The translations under genes and the position numbers were made by a program. DNA of 64,000 nucleotides from Lepidodermella squamata (lineage: Eukaryota > Animalia > Gastrotricha): NCBI GenBank assembly GCA_047495785.1, contig JBLDXI010000042.1, positions 3,286,001 through 3,350,000 on the forward strand, read 5' to 3'. Under the pieces are notes generated by a model. The model was not told where the DNA came from. It ran no database searches and saw nothing but the letters and a program-made list of their open reading frames with translations. Position 1 is the stretch's first letter; every line of letters starts with the position of its first letter. This document shows, piece after piece, positions 52,889 to 64,000 of this stretch.

Positions 52889-55800
52889 TTATCGCTGCTT
52901 TTTGCATACAAATTCAGCGTTTTCCCCCTCATCAGCAGATCTTTTCCGCAGGCCCGGGCGATTCGGGCTCGGTGTTGGATTAACGGGTGAATGTGGCTCT
53001 GAAGTTAGGTCGTAAACCGGCGCCTGGCCTTCAGAAGCTTTCACTATCACATCGTCCAGCTTCCGCAGAATTATGTCGATGAATTGTTGTGTATGCTTAT
53101 CCGGGAATTGTTCAGCGGCTAGAGATGCTATTTCTTCCATCGTTTGATTATACTCATCCACGGCACCTGGCGGGTCGATCCGAACTAACAGCTGAGGATT
53201 CACAACAGCTAACAGTTCCTCCAATTTATCCAAGGCCAAATGTTTTGTATCGACCTCGGGAAATGTTGCCTGAATTATCCAGAAAATTAGTGAAAATATC
53301 AATCATTGATAAAATTCAACCTTGAGCAGAATAATAGCTCTGACGTGGCACTTCAGCTTTTCGGAAGACTCAGCTTCCAAGCCGATACTCATCAGTTCCT
53401 TGAAAAATGCCGACCACCATTCTTCGAGATCATTATCGCGGACTTCCGCCGCGAATACGCTGCCGATATCAGTGAGAAAAAACCGCAAACATTCGAACGC
53501 GTTTTTGTCGCGCGAAGCGAGTAGAGCGTCGCAGAAATGGATCACATATCGGAGTTTCAAATATTTCAACCGGTACAATCGGCCGACCACCCGACTACAA
53601 CCGATTCGCCGCTTCGCACGTCGCATTTCGATCTCAGCTAACTGCGTATTCAACGATTCCGGCTCGTTTGTCTGAAAAGAGCGAAAATTCCGAATTATTC
53701 AGATTAATTGCGTATTGCGTATACCGGCAACGCAGGGTAATAGTGATTAGGGGAAAGGGAAACCTTGGACCGGTTTGGCTTTGAAAGCGATTAACCTTTC
53801 AAGTTTGAAAGCTAGAAACTTCAAAACAATAGTTGATTTCAGAAAATCACGAGCACCCAAAATAACTCGCAAATTTTTAAAAGTTGGGCAAACGTTTTCA
53901 ATTTCCAAAATCATTTAAAAATTCAAAAATTATTAAAATTTGCAGGAATATCGAGGTGACCTTGCCCACATTTGTTTTAAGAATTACGCTTGGACTACAA
54001 TTCTTTTTCAAACCGGGAGTTATACTTTATTTTGATGGTTTTTGCTAGAATGTATTTAGAAACGAACGAAGTCACTAAAGGTTTACTTGAAGCAGCAGTT
54101 AAGGCTCTAATCCCGGCAGAGGCGATTGATAGATTCGCGGTTGCTATCAAAAGTGCCGTGGCACAACAATCAACTCAACAACAGCAGCTAGCGTCGCAAG
54201 CCTGGTCTGTCGGTTTATCGCAGTTTCACTCATAGCCCGTTCAGCCTATCGCGTCATCGCCGCTCTTACTACCTACCGAGCACTTCAAAATTTTCACCAT
54301 CAAACCACTGGCCGTCGCCTCAATCTATCACTTCTCATGGGCCTGCCTCCTTGAAGTTACGACCGTCAATTTTGGAGCTATCTCTGCGGTATTCGCCATT
54401 CGACCCTGTTTGGGCGCAGTTCCAGGTTGAGTATCAACAGAGTTCGGCTGATGTGCCGAAGCTAAGTAAGGAGCTTATCTGCCAATTTTGCTCAAAAGCG
54501 AAGCCCAGGCAAAATTTCCGGCGATATTGCCTTGCATGCGACAACAATGGTAGAGCTAGCGAAGGAAATACTGAAGCTATGAAATACTGATACTGATAGC
54601 TGAAATACTGATGCTAGCGATTTCCGCCGCTGAAACACCCGAAGATTACAACACAGAAGGGATCCTGGGGCAGTGCAGGTTGGGGTACCATGTTGGGGGA
54701 ACTTTCTGGGTCGCATTGAGGAAAAGATACGATTTGAACTATTTGCCTATCGCGCTGAGGATTGTCCTAAGAACTACAAATACAACACTCTTTCCCACTG
54801 GGAGTCTGTCAGCTCCAAATATCCCATCTTGGCGAAAATAGCTCGGCAGACTTTTATGATATCAGCTGCGTCTTCCGAGTCAAAAAGGCGGTTTAGTCAA
54901 GCCAAAGCACGCATCAACGGTGGCACCTCAAGCCTCAAAACATCGAGGACCAGGTCACCTAGCAATCCGCCTGCATCCGTGGTATGTGGCCAAACATGGC
55001 TTGATCTGCTTCTCGTGAAAACTGATAAGTATCGATTCAACATGAACATAACTTATTATTCACGATTATTAATGCTGCCTGCGAACTTACACGGTGGAAA
55101 ATAGCCAGAATAAATAAAATAACCCGCCACCCACGCGGGTCTCACCGCAACCCAACCCGCACCAAACTGCACCAAACCGCGGACCCAAAAAGTTCCCTCA
55201 ACATAGTACCCCAACCCGCACTGCCCCAGGATCCCTTCTGGTACAACACCAGGCTGATCAGAGATAAAGTGACTACAACCCTCTCAGAAAAAGTCGCTGA
55301 AACCGTAAGCAAATCATGCGGAACGTCGTCAAAATTCGCCTCAGCCGAATCACCCGCATCGGTCGAATCATCCGCCCCGGCTCAGCCATTGAACATCCCG
55401 GTGGTTATTCTGCCAACCACAACAGCTATGCCAGTATGACTGGTTTTTACTTACTTCCGACTACTAGTATTCGATCTGTTTTAGCACAGGCTACATAGAT
55501 TTTAAATGGATTCCAACCTTTCTGCATGTGATTCGTTTTGCGCTTCACACTAAAACTAGGGTTATGAAGACATATATCAGGTAAATTCATTAGGTGTGGC
55601 CAATTGAAATTCTACTACATCGGGATCAAGAGGAAAAAAGGTTCAGTTGATAGCTATTAGCGTCGAATTTCCAGGTTCCCAATTAGTTTACAATTTAAAA
55701 GATGCAAATGGATTATATGGGAAATCCTACCAACTTTTGGAATCTTTTTATAGCTTGGGAGAGTAAAACGTTTAGCCTTCGAAGTTCGATATCAAGAAGA

Positions 55801-58800
55801 AAAAGGTTCAGGAAGCAGTTATTTGCTTCAAATTGTTTCAGTTTTAGAATTTTCGAATGCATTTCCGTTTATTTGGTCCACCACCCATTATTTAATAGAA
55901 AAATTTCTATCAAAAGACCTTCAAAAGATCGAATACCTAATGTTAAATTTGAGAGTATTCTCGTAAGCAAGGCTTCGTCACAATAGAATGAAGAAAGTGT
56001 AACCTCCACCTTAACATAACTTAGAAGCAATGATTCGGTGCGTTAATTATACCTTTTCTCGAATGCTTTGCGCAACTTTTTCAAGTTCGGTATCGCTTTT
56101 ACCGCAAATATATCGGATGAACATTTGCTCGAGCTCTGTGAAGATGTCCTTCCCTCGGCCATAGTCCGCTTTCAACAAATCACGAAACAAGTATACAGCT
56201 AACCGCAGCGATTCCTTATCGGTCACGAACTCGCAAATCTGAAATTACATTCCTAAGCATCAAAATCATGTTCAAACAATGGGAACGGAAGAACATACCT
56301 TCAGCGATATGATTTCTACGGCACTCGCAAAAATATGACTGAGTCGAATGCTTGACAGCTTCTCTTTTATCGAATCGAAGTCGAAATTGACAAGAGTAAG
56401 CGATTCGACCAGAGCTTGAATTTCTTCCATAATCAACTCGTCGCTTCGCTGAGGCTGTTTTCTAGTCTGCTGCCGAGAAATTACGCTATTCTCTCGAGAA
56501 ACCGCTAGAGGAGCTTGTCTAGGATCGCAAATGTCACTTATCTGCGAAATGCTTGTTGAAGAATCTGATTCTTTCAGTGATGATGACGTCGAGCTATTAG
56601 TTTGTTGATGATTCATCGGTTGATTCGTTTCAGCCAAATCTTCATGCCCTGGACCATTAGTTGTTTCCAGCTCTCCGACTGAAATTGATGAAGGCCCATT
56701 TTGAGGTACAGCGGTCGATTCTCTATGACAAACACCGTTAATTTGAGGTGTTACACATCCTTTATTTCGTGGCGCCTGAGTTTCTTCATCAGGACGCGGA
56801 GTATTCTTATCGATTTCCTTATTTTGATCAATTTCCATTTCGACTGCAACTTCTTTTTGAGTAATGTCACAATCTTTTCGAATTTCTGTAATTTGACTGA
56901 GATTGGGTTGAGATTCCTCGACTTGAGCATCTTTTTGTTGATCAGAGGTAGGCAAAACTGAGGAATTCGAGTCTACAAACGAATTTTCAGCAATGACTAG
57001 GTGTCCAGATTTATCGCTGTCATTGTTCGATTTTTCCGCTGATTCTACTTGATGAGCCGACTCGGATATACTCGAATTCGGTTTCGAAGGGGTGGAGGCT
57101 GCAATTGGGTTCGAATTTTCGTTTTCCATGCTCTGTTCAGCAGCACTTGAGGTAGTTTTCGAGGTAGTTTGAGGCTGTTCACTTTCAATATTTGAAACAA
57201 TAGGATTACTAATAGAAACTTGGGTGGAGATTTCTGGTTGTGATACAGGCTCCTGGGTGACCTTTCTCAACCGTGAGGTCCTAACGGGTCTGCTGGGCGA
57301 TGAACTAGCCACCGATATCGGAGATGGTGCAGAAATCGAGGCAGTCTCGACCGCCGCTTTGGGTTGGGGAGAAACAGGTTTTTCCATGGGTTCATTTTTG
57401 ACAGACAACAGCTTCAACCGATTCGGGTTATTGCGATCCCAGCCGCCATTCTAAAACACAAAATACCGAATCAAAGAATTCCCCTAATATAAAAAAGACT
57501 CGGAATTACCTTGGCTAACTGCCCTAGGAAATCAACGGCTTTATCGCGAAATTCGGCTGGCAAAATGTCGTGTTTATTGTGGATGCCGTGCCACAGCCTG
57601 CTGACCACCGATGTCCAAAATCTGACTTCAGCCTCGGTCAACGTGACATTTTGAGCATTGATCACTTCGTCCATATTTCGCAGCAACGCGAGCAGCATTT
57701 CGTAGGAAACCAGAGATTCGCCCTTCGTCAACCGCAATACGTAACATTGAAATATATCCCGTCGAACGACTTTGATTCGATACAGCTCGTTTGTCAATCT
57801 AAAAAATAAATCAATTTTGTTGTCGTTGCTCAGACAAAATCCCTTATTACTCATGAGTCATCATGAATCGCTCATGAATCACGAATTAAATACGACATAG
57901 ATATAAACTGGCATAGGTCCGAAGTAAAAGGTCTGCTAACCTTTTCTGTACTCGAATCTTGGTTTCACTTGTCGATCACTATTGTCACTTGGCGTGGCAC
58001 AGTCAAGGCCCGAGGCGTAGTCAAGTCGACAGATACTGATATCGACATATGACATCCTTATCCTATCAGTATCCTATCGACAATTTCAAATCGTAATTCT
58101 CGTGTTCGTCTTCGATCTCGTCTTCTTCAATCATGGATCGTGTTGAAATGTCAGGTTTTCAAACACAGAATGACAAGGCATATAATAAATAGCTGTTTTA
58201 ACCATAAAGAGAGCAAAAGCTCCAGGAAATCTGGAGCTTATCGGAGTACTGTGCGCGCGCCTGCGGTGATGCGATGGACATGGCAGAACGTATCAAAGAC
58301 ATGGCCGATGAATTGATTTCGATGGTTCGGCTTCCTCCGACTGCGACAGCTCCGTCGATTCCCGATCCCGCCTGGGACTGAGATGAAGTAACAGTTGAAA
58401 ACCTCTGCAAAACTTGGATAATCTTGTCACTAATCACTAATGTGAAATTTTAACATTCCGCACAATCATTGACGTGGCGAACTTCATTTGAAGATTTGAG
58501 AACTGTCAACGCACTTTGGCATCCCACTTTCGCCGCTACGGCGGTTGCGTTGCGATCGATGAACAACGATGAGCATATCATAGAGGCTATCCGCCAAGCC
58601 ACGGCGCAAGCTGACGCGGCGAAAGCAGAGCTAGCCCAGGCGGTGGCCCGCTCTGTCGACATCCGAGCCGGTGTGGAACGCGAAGTCGCCCTGGTAAATG
58701 GCGGCACGATAGCTGCTATTAATGTCGTCAGTGCAGGTAATAGCAATGAATCTTTGCTTCCATTCTAATTTATAATGTTGTGGCCGATCCATATGCGTTG

Positions 58801-61800
58801 TGGTTGCGATTTTCTGCAGATCTCGCACTTGATTTTTCAAGGCGCGACCGTCAATTTGAATTAAGAATCAAATTGAAACAAAAGCGGATTGTCTTGATCA
58901 TCAAGATATATCATTTCGAAGCTGGGATCATATGCTTCATTAATTTAAAATGTAAGTCTATTGCATTTGAATTTCAGTATCTTTGATCCCGGACCGAGTT
59001 GTTACTGGCGTAATCGGCATTATGATGAATCGAAAATCAGGAGAATAGGAGTTCTCAGAAATGAATTCGGAGGTGCCAGAGGTGTCAGAGAACAATAGCA
59101 ACTCGAGCGAAGTGTCCGCTGTCATGCCGAGACCAGCTGGACGCATGCGGGCACTACTTGAGAGGCAAAATGCGGATTCCGAGTTACTAATGTCAGAGTA
59201 ACGGACGCCGTTTCCGAGAATCCCAAATGGTAAAGGAAAGATCGCGATTGGTACAGGCAAAGCAGGGAAAAACGAAACGGTTAAAGCCACCAAAACTGTA
59301 TACTCATCTAAACAACGATTCGGATGTGATTGCTACAAGTTAAGTTTGCCCGCAGTCCCCCACAAACAGCTGGCTGATTCGCGCGATTTCGGCGAGCAGC
59401 GAGGTTTGAATGCAGTACGATCGCACAACTACCCTACAAACTCACGACAAGCTATTACACCCGAAGTTATAAAAGATGTTGTCAGTTTCATAGAAGGCAT
59501 CACGAGAACTTCTCCAAATGGGCGGAATGTGATAATTGTCAACGGCGAGCCAATAGTCAACGCGAACTCACTCAACGAAGCTCTTGCATTTTTGTAAATT
59601 AATGATTCCGTGTTAACTTTTCAAGGTCACGATCTTCACCTGCCTCGGTCACGCTGACAAGAACCAGATTCACGTGTATTTCATGTCCCTTTAGGGAAAC
59701 TAAATTGGGTAATTCTGATAATTACTGCGCTGTTTTAGTTGCCTAATTTCTAAATTACAGGAAGCATTTTCTAAACAATTATTTTGGCCTAAATATGTGC
59801 TCGCCATTAAAAACTAATAAAACCACTTTTGGCATTAAAAATATTAAGGATTGTGATAGCCGGCGCCATTACGGTGTGCGATTGGAGAATTCCTTCTGTA
59901 CGCTACGCGCGAACGACCCTTAGTGAGGACGAAAATAGCTCACGATGAGATGACCGGCGTTCGACTGGGTCTAAAATATCCATTTCAAACATTCGCTCAA
60001 ACAGCTTGACGAGCCAAGTTGGCGATTCGGTCTACTTCAACATTTCATCAATCAAACATGTATCAATCTAACCAATTGTAACCTCAAATAGCTAATAATA
60101 AATCCACCAATTCAGCAAGAGATTAGTAATTCCACCTTATTAATAATTAAAAAAAACGTATAAAATTTCCTTACGGCAGACTAGAACAAAATTCCTTTTG
60201 CTGATCAATATTTTCGATAGATTCGCTCGCCATCGCACACTTGGTAACGAGTTCCGGAAAGCTGACAGGTTCCGTTAGAATATTCGTCGTCCAATTCGGC
60301 TCGGCTTTGAAGTCTTTCAACCCTTCGATAACACTTACGCATTTCGCAAAGGCTTCAGGACTTTCGTTCATCAACGAGTATGTCTTGAAAAAAAAATTAT
60401 TTAGGAAAATCAACAAAATTTGCCGTTTTCTTTACAATTTTCAAGACATCTTTGACATCGGCGATTAATTGGTCGTAAGTTGACCGTGAGCTTAAAAGCC
60501 GTTTTGCAGCCTGAACAGCGACGGAAAGTGTCGCCGAGGATTCGCGCATCCAATAGCTGATGACATCGCCAAGGCATTTGTTCTCCAAATTCATGCTATC
60601 CTTCACCGCCGCTTTCTTCGGCTGCTGTAGATAATTCTGAGCCTGGGCAATAATGAGTTGATGATTGTAATTCCTGACCGTCGGAGGCGCCATCACAGGA
60701 GGCTGGATGATCGGAATTGGCGCAGAGCTGATCGGCACAATAGGCGCCGTAACTTCAACCGGCTGGTTAGGAATCACAAGTTTAATGGGCGGTGGATTGC
60801 TTATTGTTCGTTTTAAAACAGGCGGTGGCGGCGGTATTAATGGCGGAATTTGCTGGGTAGTTTCTGATTCGTTGCTCGAACTTGGGGTGCCTGCAGTTAG
60901 AACAACCATATTAGGGCGGCTCAGCATTGTTCGCGCATCAGGGGCTGCTGGTCGATTGATTAGACCTCTGGCATCGGCTGAGGTAGTTGGGGCTTCGATT
61001 GGAGCACCAGATAGCCATTTCGGCCTCTATAGTTCAATGTAAATCTTATGTGTATTTGAGTAGTGACATTTTTCTTCAGATATAAAAAATATTTCGGATA
61101 TTTTCCGGAAATGGTACAAAAACTATCTAACATGGTCAAAAACCGGAAATGGTCAAAAAAGCCACCTTCAAATTATTTTTAGAAGGATTTCGCCGAGATT
61201 TGTTTGTAAATTTCATCCTTTTGATGATCTAATTAGCTCGATCTCAATTTCTATCAAATAGAATTTTTCCATGAAAAAAGCAAAATCTTACCGCTCGGCT
61301 TATGTCCCATAGGAAAGTCGTAATATCGGCATAGGCGAGACGATCAGCAATCAACCCGGAATCGTAAGCTTTTTTGATGTGATCAACAACATTCACCCAA
61401 TAATTTTCATTGCGAGCCATCTCCAAAATTCCACCGTCGATTAATAAGCATACATCACGGACGATTTCGACTAGGAATCGAATCGCTATTTCATCCCTCT
61501 TTCTCTGAAGATGTCGATTCGCTATCGATTTCAAAACCGCGCAATGAACCATGTTCGTTTTGAAAACTTCATTCATGAACCTGAGCAAAATTTGTGAAAA
61601 ATAATTCGAAACTTAATCTAAAAAGATTTTACGGTAGCCTTCTTCGGAAAGAATAAAGGGCAGTCGCATTCGTTCCCATAGATTTCTCAAAGCAACTGCG
61701 CAGCGAACCCTCAAATCTCGCCGAGAACGAGTCGCGGTTTTTCAGGGGCTATAAACAATAAAAATCTATGTAGGATGAAGTTTAGGCGCCTCAAGACTAA

Positions 61801-62075
61801 TACCATTGATAACTCAGACATCAAACGGCCTGTTAAGGGAATAGCACTCGGGCCGAAACTAACGCACTGAAAATAATTCGGAATCAAATTTACTCAAAAA
61901 AACGAATGTTTCAGTTCCAAACCGTTTCAAAAACATCGGAAACCAGCTGGTTAAAGTTATCTCGATTATTTGTAGACCGAATATAAAACGAAAGTTCCGA
62001 CGAAACGCGGTCGAAGTTCAACGGATTAATTACCAGCTCTTGTACGCAGGCAACTATATGAGGATCTGGTGACAT
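52889..62075 (-). CDS. Multi-MIF4G protein paralog C, with two introns expanded by insertions (~53700-56050 and 57800-60173)
   Basis: MSPDPHIVACVQEL.. (domain 1, RFMNEVFKTNMV); EFCSSL|PLTNELYRIKVV spliced across a 2.4-kb intron (domain 2); NGGW linker; S/T-rich spacer; ADYGRGKDI; KRRIGCSRVVGRLYRL..NAFECLRFFLTDIG..EEWWSAFFKEL (domain 3). Confidence 0.75.
54654..55240 (+). mobile_element. Internally deleted hAT transposon (587 bp) retaining the hATC dimerization-domain remnant
   Basis: ~50-bp TIR cagaagggatcctggggcagtg / cactgccccaggatcccttctg; TSD ttacaaca/gtacaaca (7/8); LSHWESVSSKYPILAKIARQTFMISAASSESKRRFS = hATC motif. Confidence 0.9.
58240..59600 (+). pseudogene. Antisense, stop-interrupted coding-like sequence inside an intron of paralog C (probable transposon-borne relic)
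   Basis: Ala-rich helical ORF 58469-58768 and a long + frame (~58980-59597) with two stops ending ITPEVIKDVVSFIEGITRTSPNGRNVIIVNG. Confidence 0.35.
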
Positions 62076-62253
62076 TTTATTCAATTTTATATATAACCTA
62101 TTATCCAACAAAAGTTCCGTTTTAGAAATTTTCGAAAATATTTTTCTCATTTTGTAATGACGAAAAGCCCAAGAACAAATGTCCCCGGGCAAAATTTCAC
62201 ATCGTGAGTTACGATATTTATATATACAAAACAAAATATTAATCAACACGGAA

Positions 62254-64000
62254 TCATTTGCTCGTCGTTGAAGTAGGACGACAAGATGCAGCAGGCTGGC
62301 CGGGATTTGATCGCTTAGCACTTGAATCATTGTTAGGAATTGAGCTTGAATTAATTTCGCCAGGTCTTTTCACCCCTTTGTTCGATACGGGTCGGTTTGA
62401 GCCATTATTAGCTGAGTTACTGGAAGAAATCGAAGCTGGCCTTGTTAGAGTAGAATTACTCAGCGATGAGCCGATTTTTCGCATGAAAACAGCACTAAAT
62501 TGCTGACAATAATCGTCACTCGACTCTGATCGAACGAATTCGAGGATTCGATCGAATTCTTGCTGGTACAATGCCGAGTTTTTCGCGAGTTCGGGCGTCA
62601 GTTTTGAGAGCATGCCTTCCAATTTACGACTAGCCTCCTTCGCTGGATCAACGTCAGGCCAGTGTTTTTTCAGGTTCAAAATATCTCGCAATATTAGTTT
62701 TGATTTTTCAGATGACGAGCCTATTTTCGCCAAATCAGTGAAAAAGCCGGTCCACCACGATTCCAATTTTTGCGCACGAACCAGAGGTGGCAATAATTTT
62801 CCGATTCCTGAAAATATCTCGAATAGCAGGGCTAAGGAATCCTCGTCACCGATGGACAATAAAGCGTCCATGAATGGCGTTAAAAACTTGAGATCAAGCT
62901 TTTTGTTCAAAAATAAGCCATTTGTTATCCTGTTGACGGAAAAAAATTAAAGATCGCGAGCTACTTTTGAGGCATGGAACTCACTTTACACATCCTATTC
63001 GACGCTTTAAAAACAAATTTTCCAGTCGATGAATTTCCTCGACCTTGTCGGCAATTGTTCTTGTTTCACCGGGAAGATAGCACATGAGAGAATGCAACTG
63101 GTCACAAATAAATTATATCGACAAGATAGCAAAATAATTATTTATAATGTACCGTTTCAGCTTTTTTCGAACCCGTTTCTACGGCTGATTTGGCCAGCTC
63201 AAGGTCTGATTTAGCTTGCCCACTGACGTATTTCAAGCAGAACGCTTCGAAATCCGGCTGAAAATTGCGACTACGACCGAATTCAGTTTTTGCTAGATCA
63301 TTAATCGCTTTGACAGCCTCTTCAGTAGTCTGGTCGTTGATCAATTCAAAAACCTGTGATTAACAAATAAATTACGAAAAATTCTTAGAAAAATCTACAA
63401 AAATCCACCCTAATAGAAAATTGCGAAACTGCTTCATAGAAGGCAAGAGGAGTAGGAAGGGACTTGATATGAGCTTTGTAAGCTTTCAACCACGGCGGTT
63501 CTGAATTCGACGGGTTGTCCATAACAATCGATCGCAAAATCACGCGAAGAGCGTCATCTTTAGGTCCTTGTTCTTCCTGAGGCTGCGGGGCAATAACAGC
63601 CGCAACATGGTTGGGGAAGGTAGCAGATTGAACTTGAGCGATTTGACGTTGTAGCTCGTCAATCTTTTCTTGCATAGAGGCAAAATCGTTGACAGAAACA
63701 ATGGGAATAACAGCAGGGGGCAATGTCGGGTTGTTTTGAACCGCCGGCACCGCCACCCTTGCAGGAGGTTCGGGTGAGGCTGGCGATATATTACCGCCTA
63801 AACTTCGCCGGCTAACATCAGGCGCGCCACGACTCGGCAAGTTTTGTTGACCTGGCGAAATCGAAGATGAAATTTCTGACGGCCGAGTGGCCAAACTAGG
63901 TGCCGCCAGGGCCGGAAAGGAAGGGTAATTGGCCGCAGTTGACGTTATCGCGAGAATTTTCGGGGCAGAACCAGTAGAACTGGGCCGAGGAGCTGCCTCT
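62254..64000 (-). CDS. Multi-MIF4G family paralog D (5' part beyond window)
   Basis: Pro-rich linker then TEFGRSRNF..FLKRRIGCVK|ITNGLF..DEDSLALLFEIFSGIG..LESWWTGFFTDL and C-terminal LEGMLSKLTPE block. Confidence 0.8.

Overview
AT-rich eukaryotic DNA from an invertebrate with nematode-like compact gene structure (many ~45-60 bp GT..AG introns, often with TTTCAG acceptors); the species cannot be determined from this window. It contains: (1) a tandem trio of divergent nuclear hormone receptors with elongated C4 zinc-finger loops; (2) an intronless bacterial/fungal-type CocE/NonD serine hydrolase, a horizontal-transfer candidate; (3) five dispersed paralogs of a two-exon secreted protein family that I do not recognise, with a conserved 4-Cys helical C-terminal domain; (4) four minus-strand paralogs of a multi-MIF4G protein family, one with PAM2- and ULM-like motifs and one with an in-frame stop; (5) a truncated Cullin-3 N-terminal-domain gene carrying an RVxF-like motif; (6) a small 4-TM membrane protein gene; and (7) many transposon relics (CR1/L2-type LINE fragments, hAT elements with 8-bp TSDs, a piggyBac remnant, nested MITEs). 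Exon boundaries were inferred by eye from splice signals and paralog comparison.
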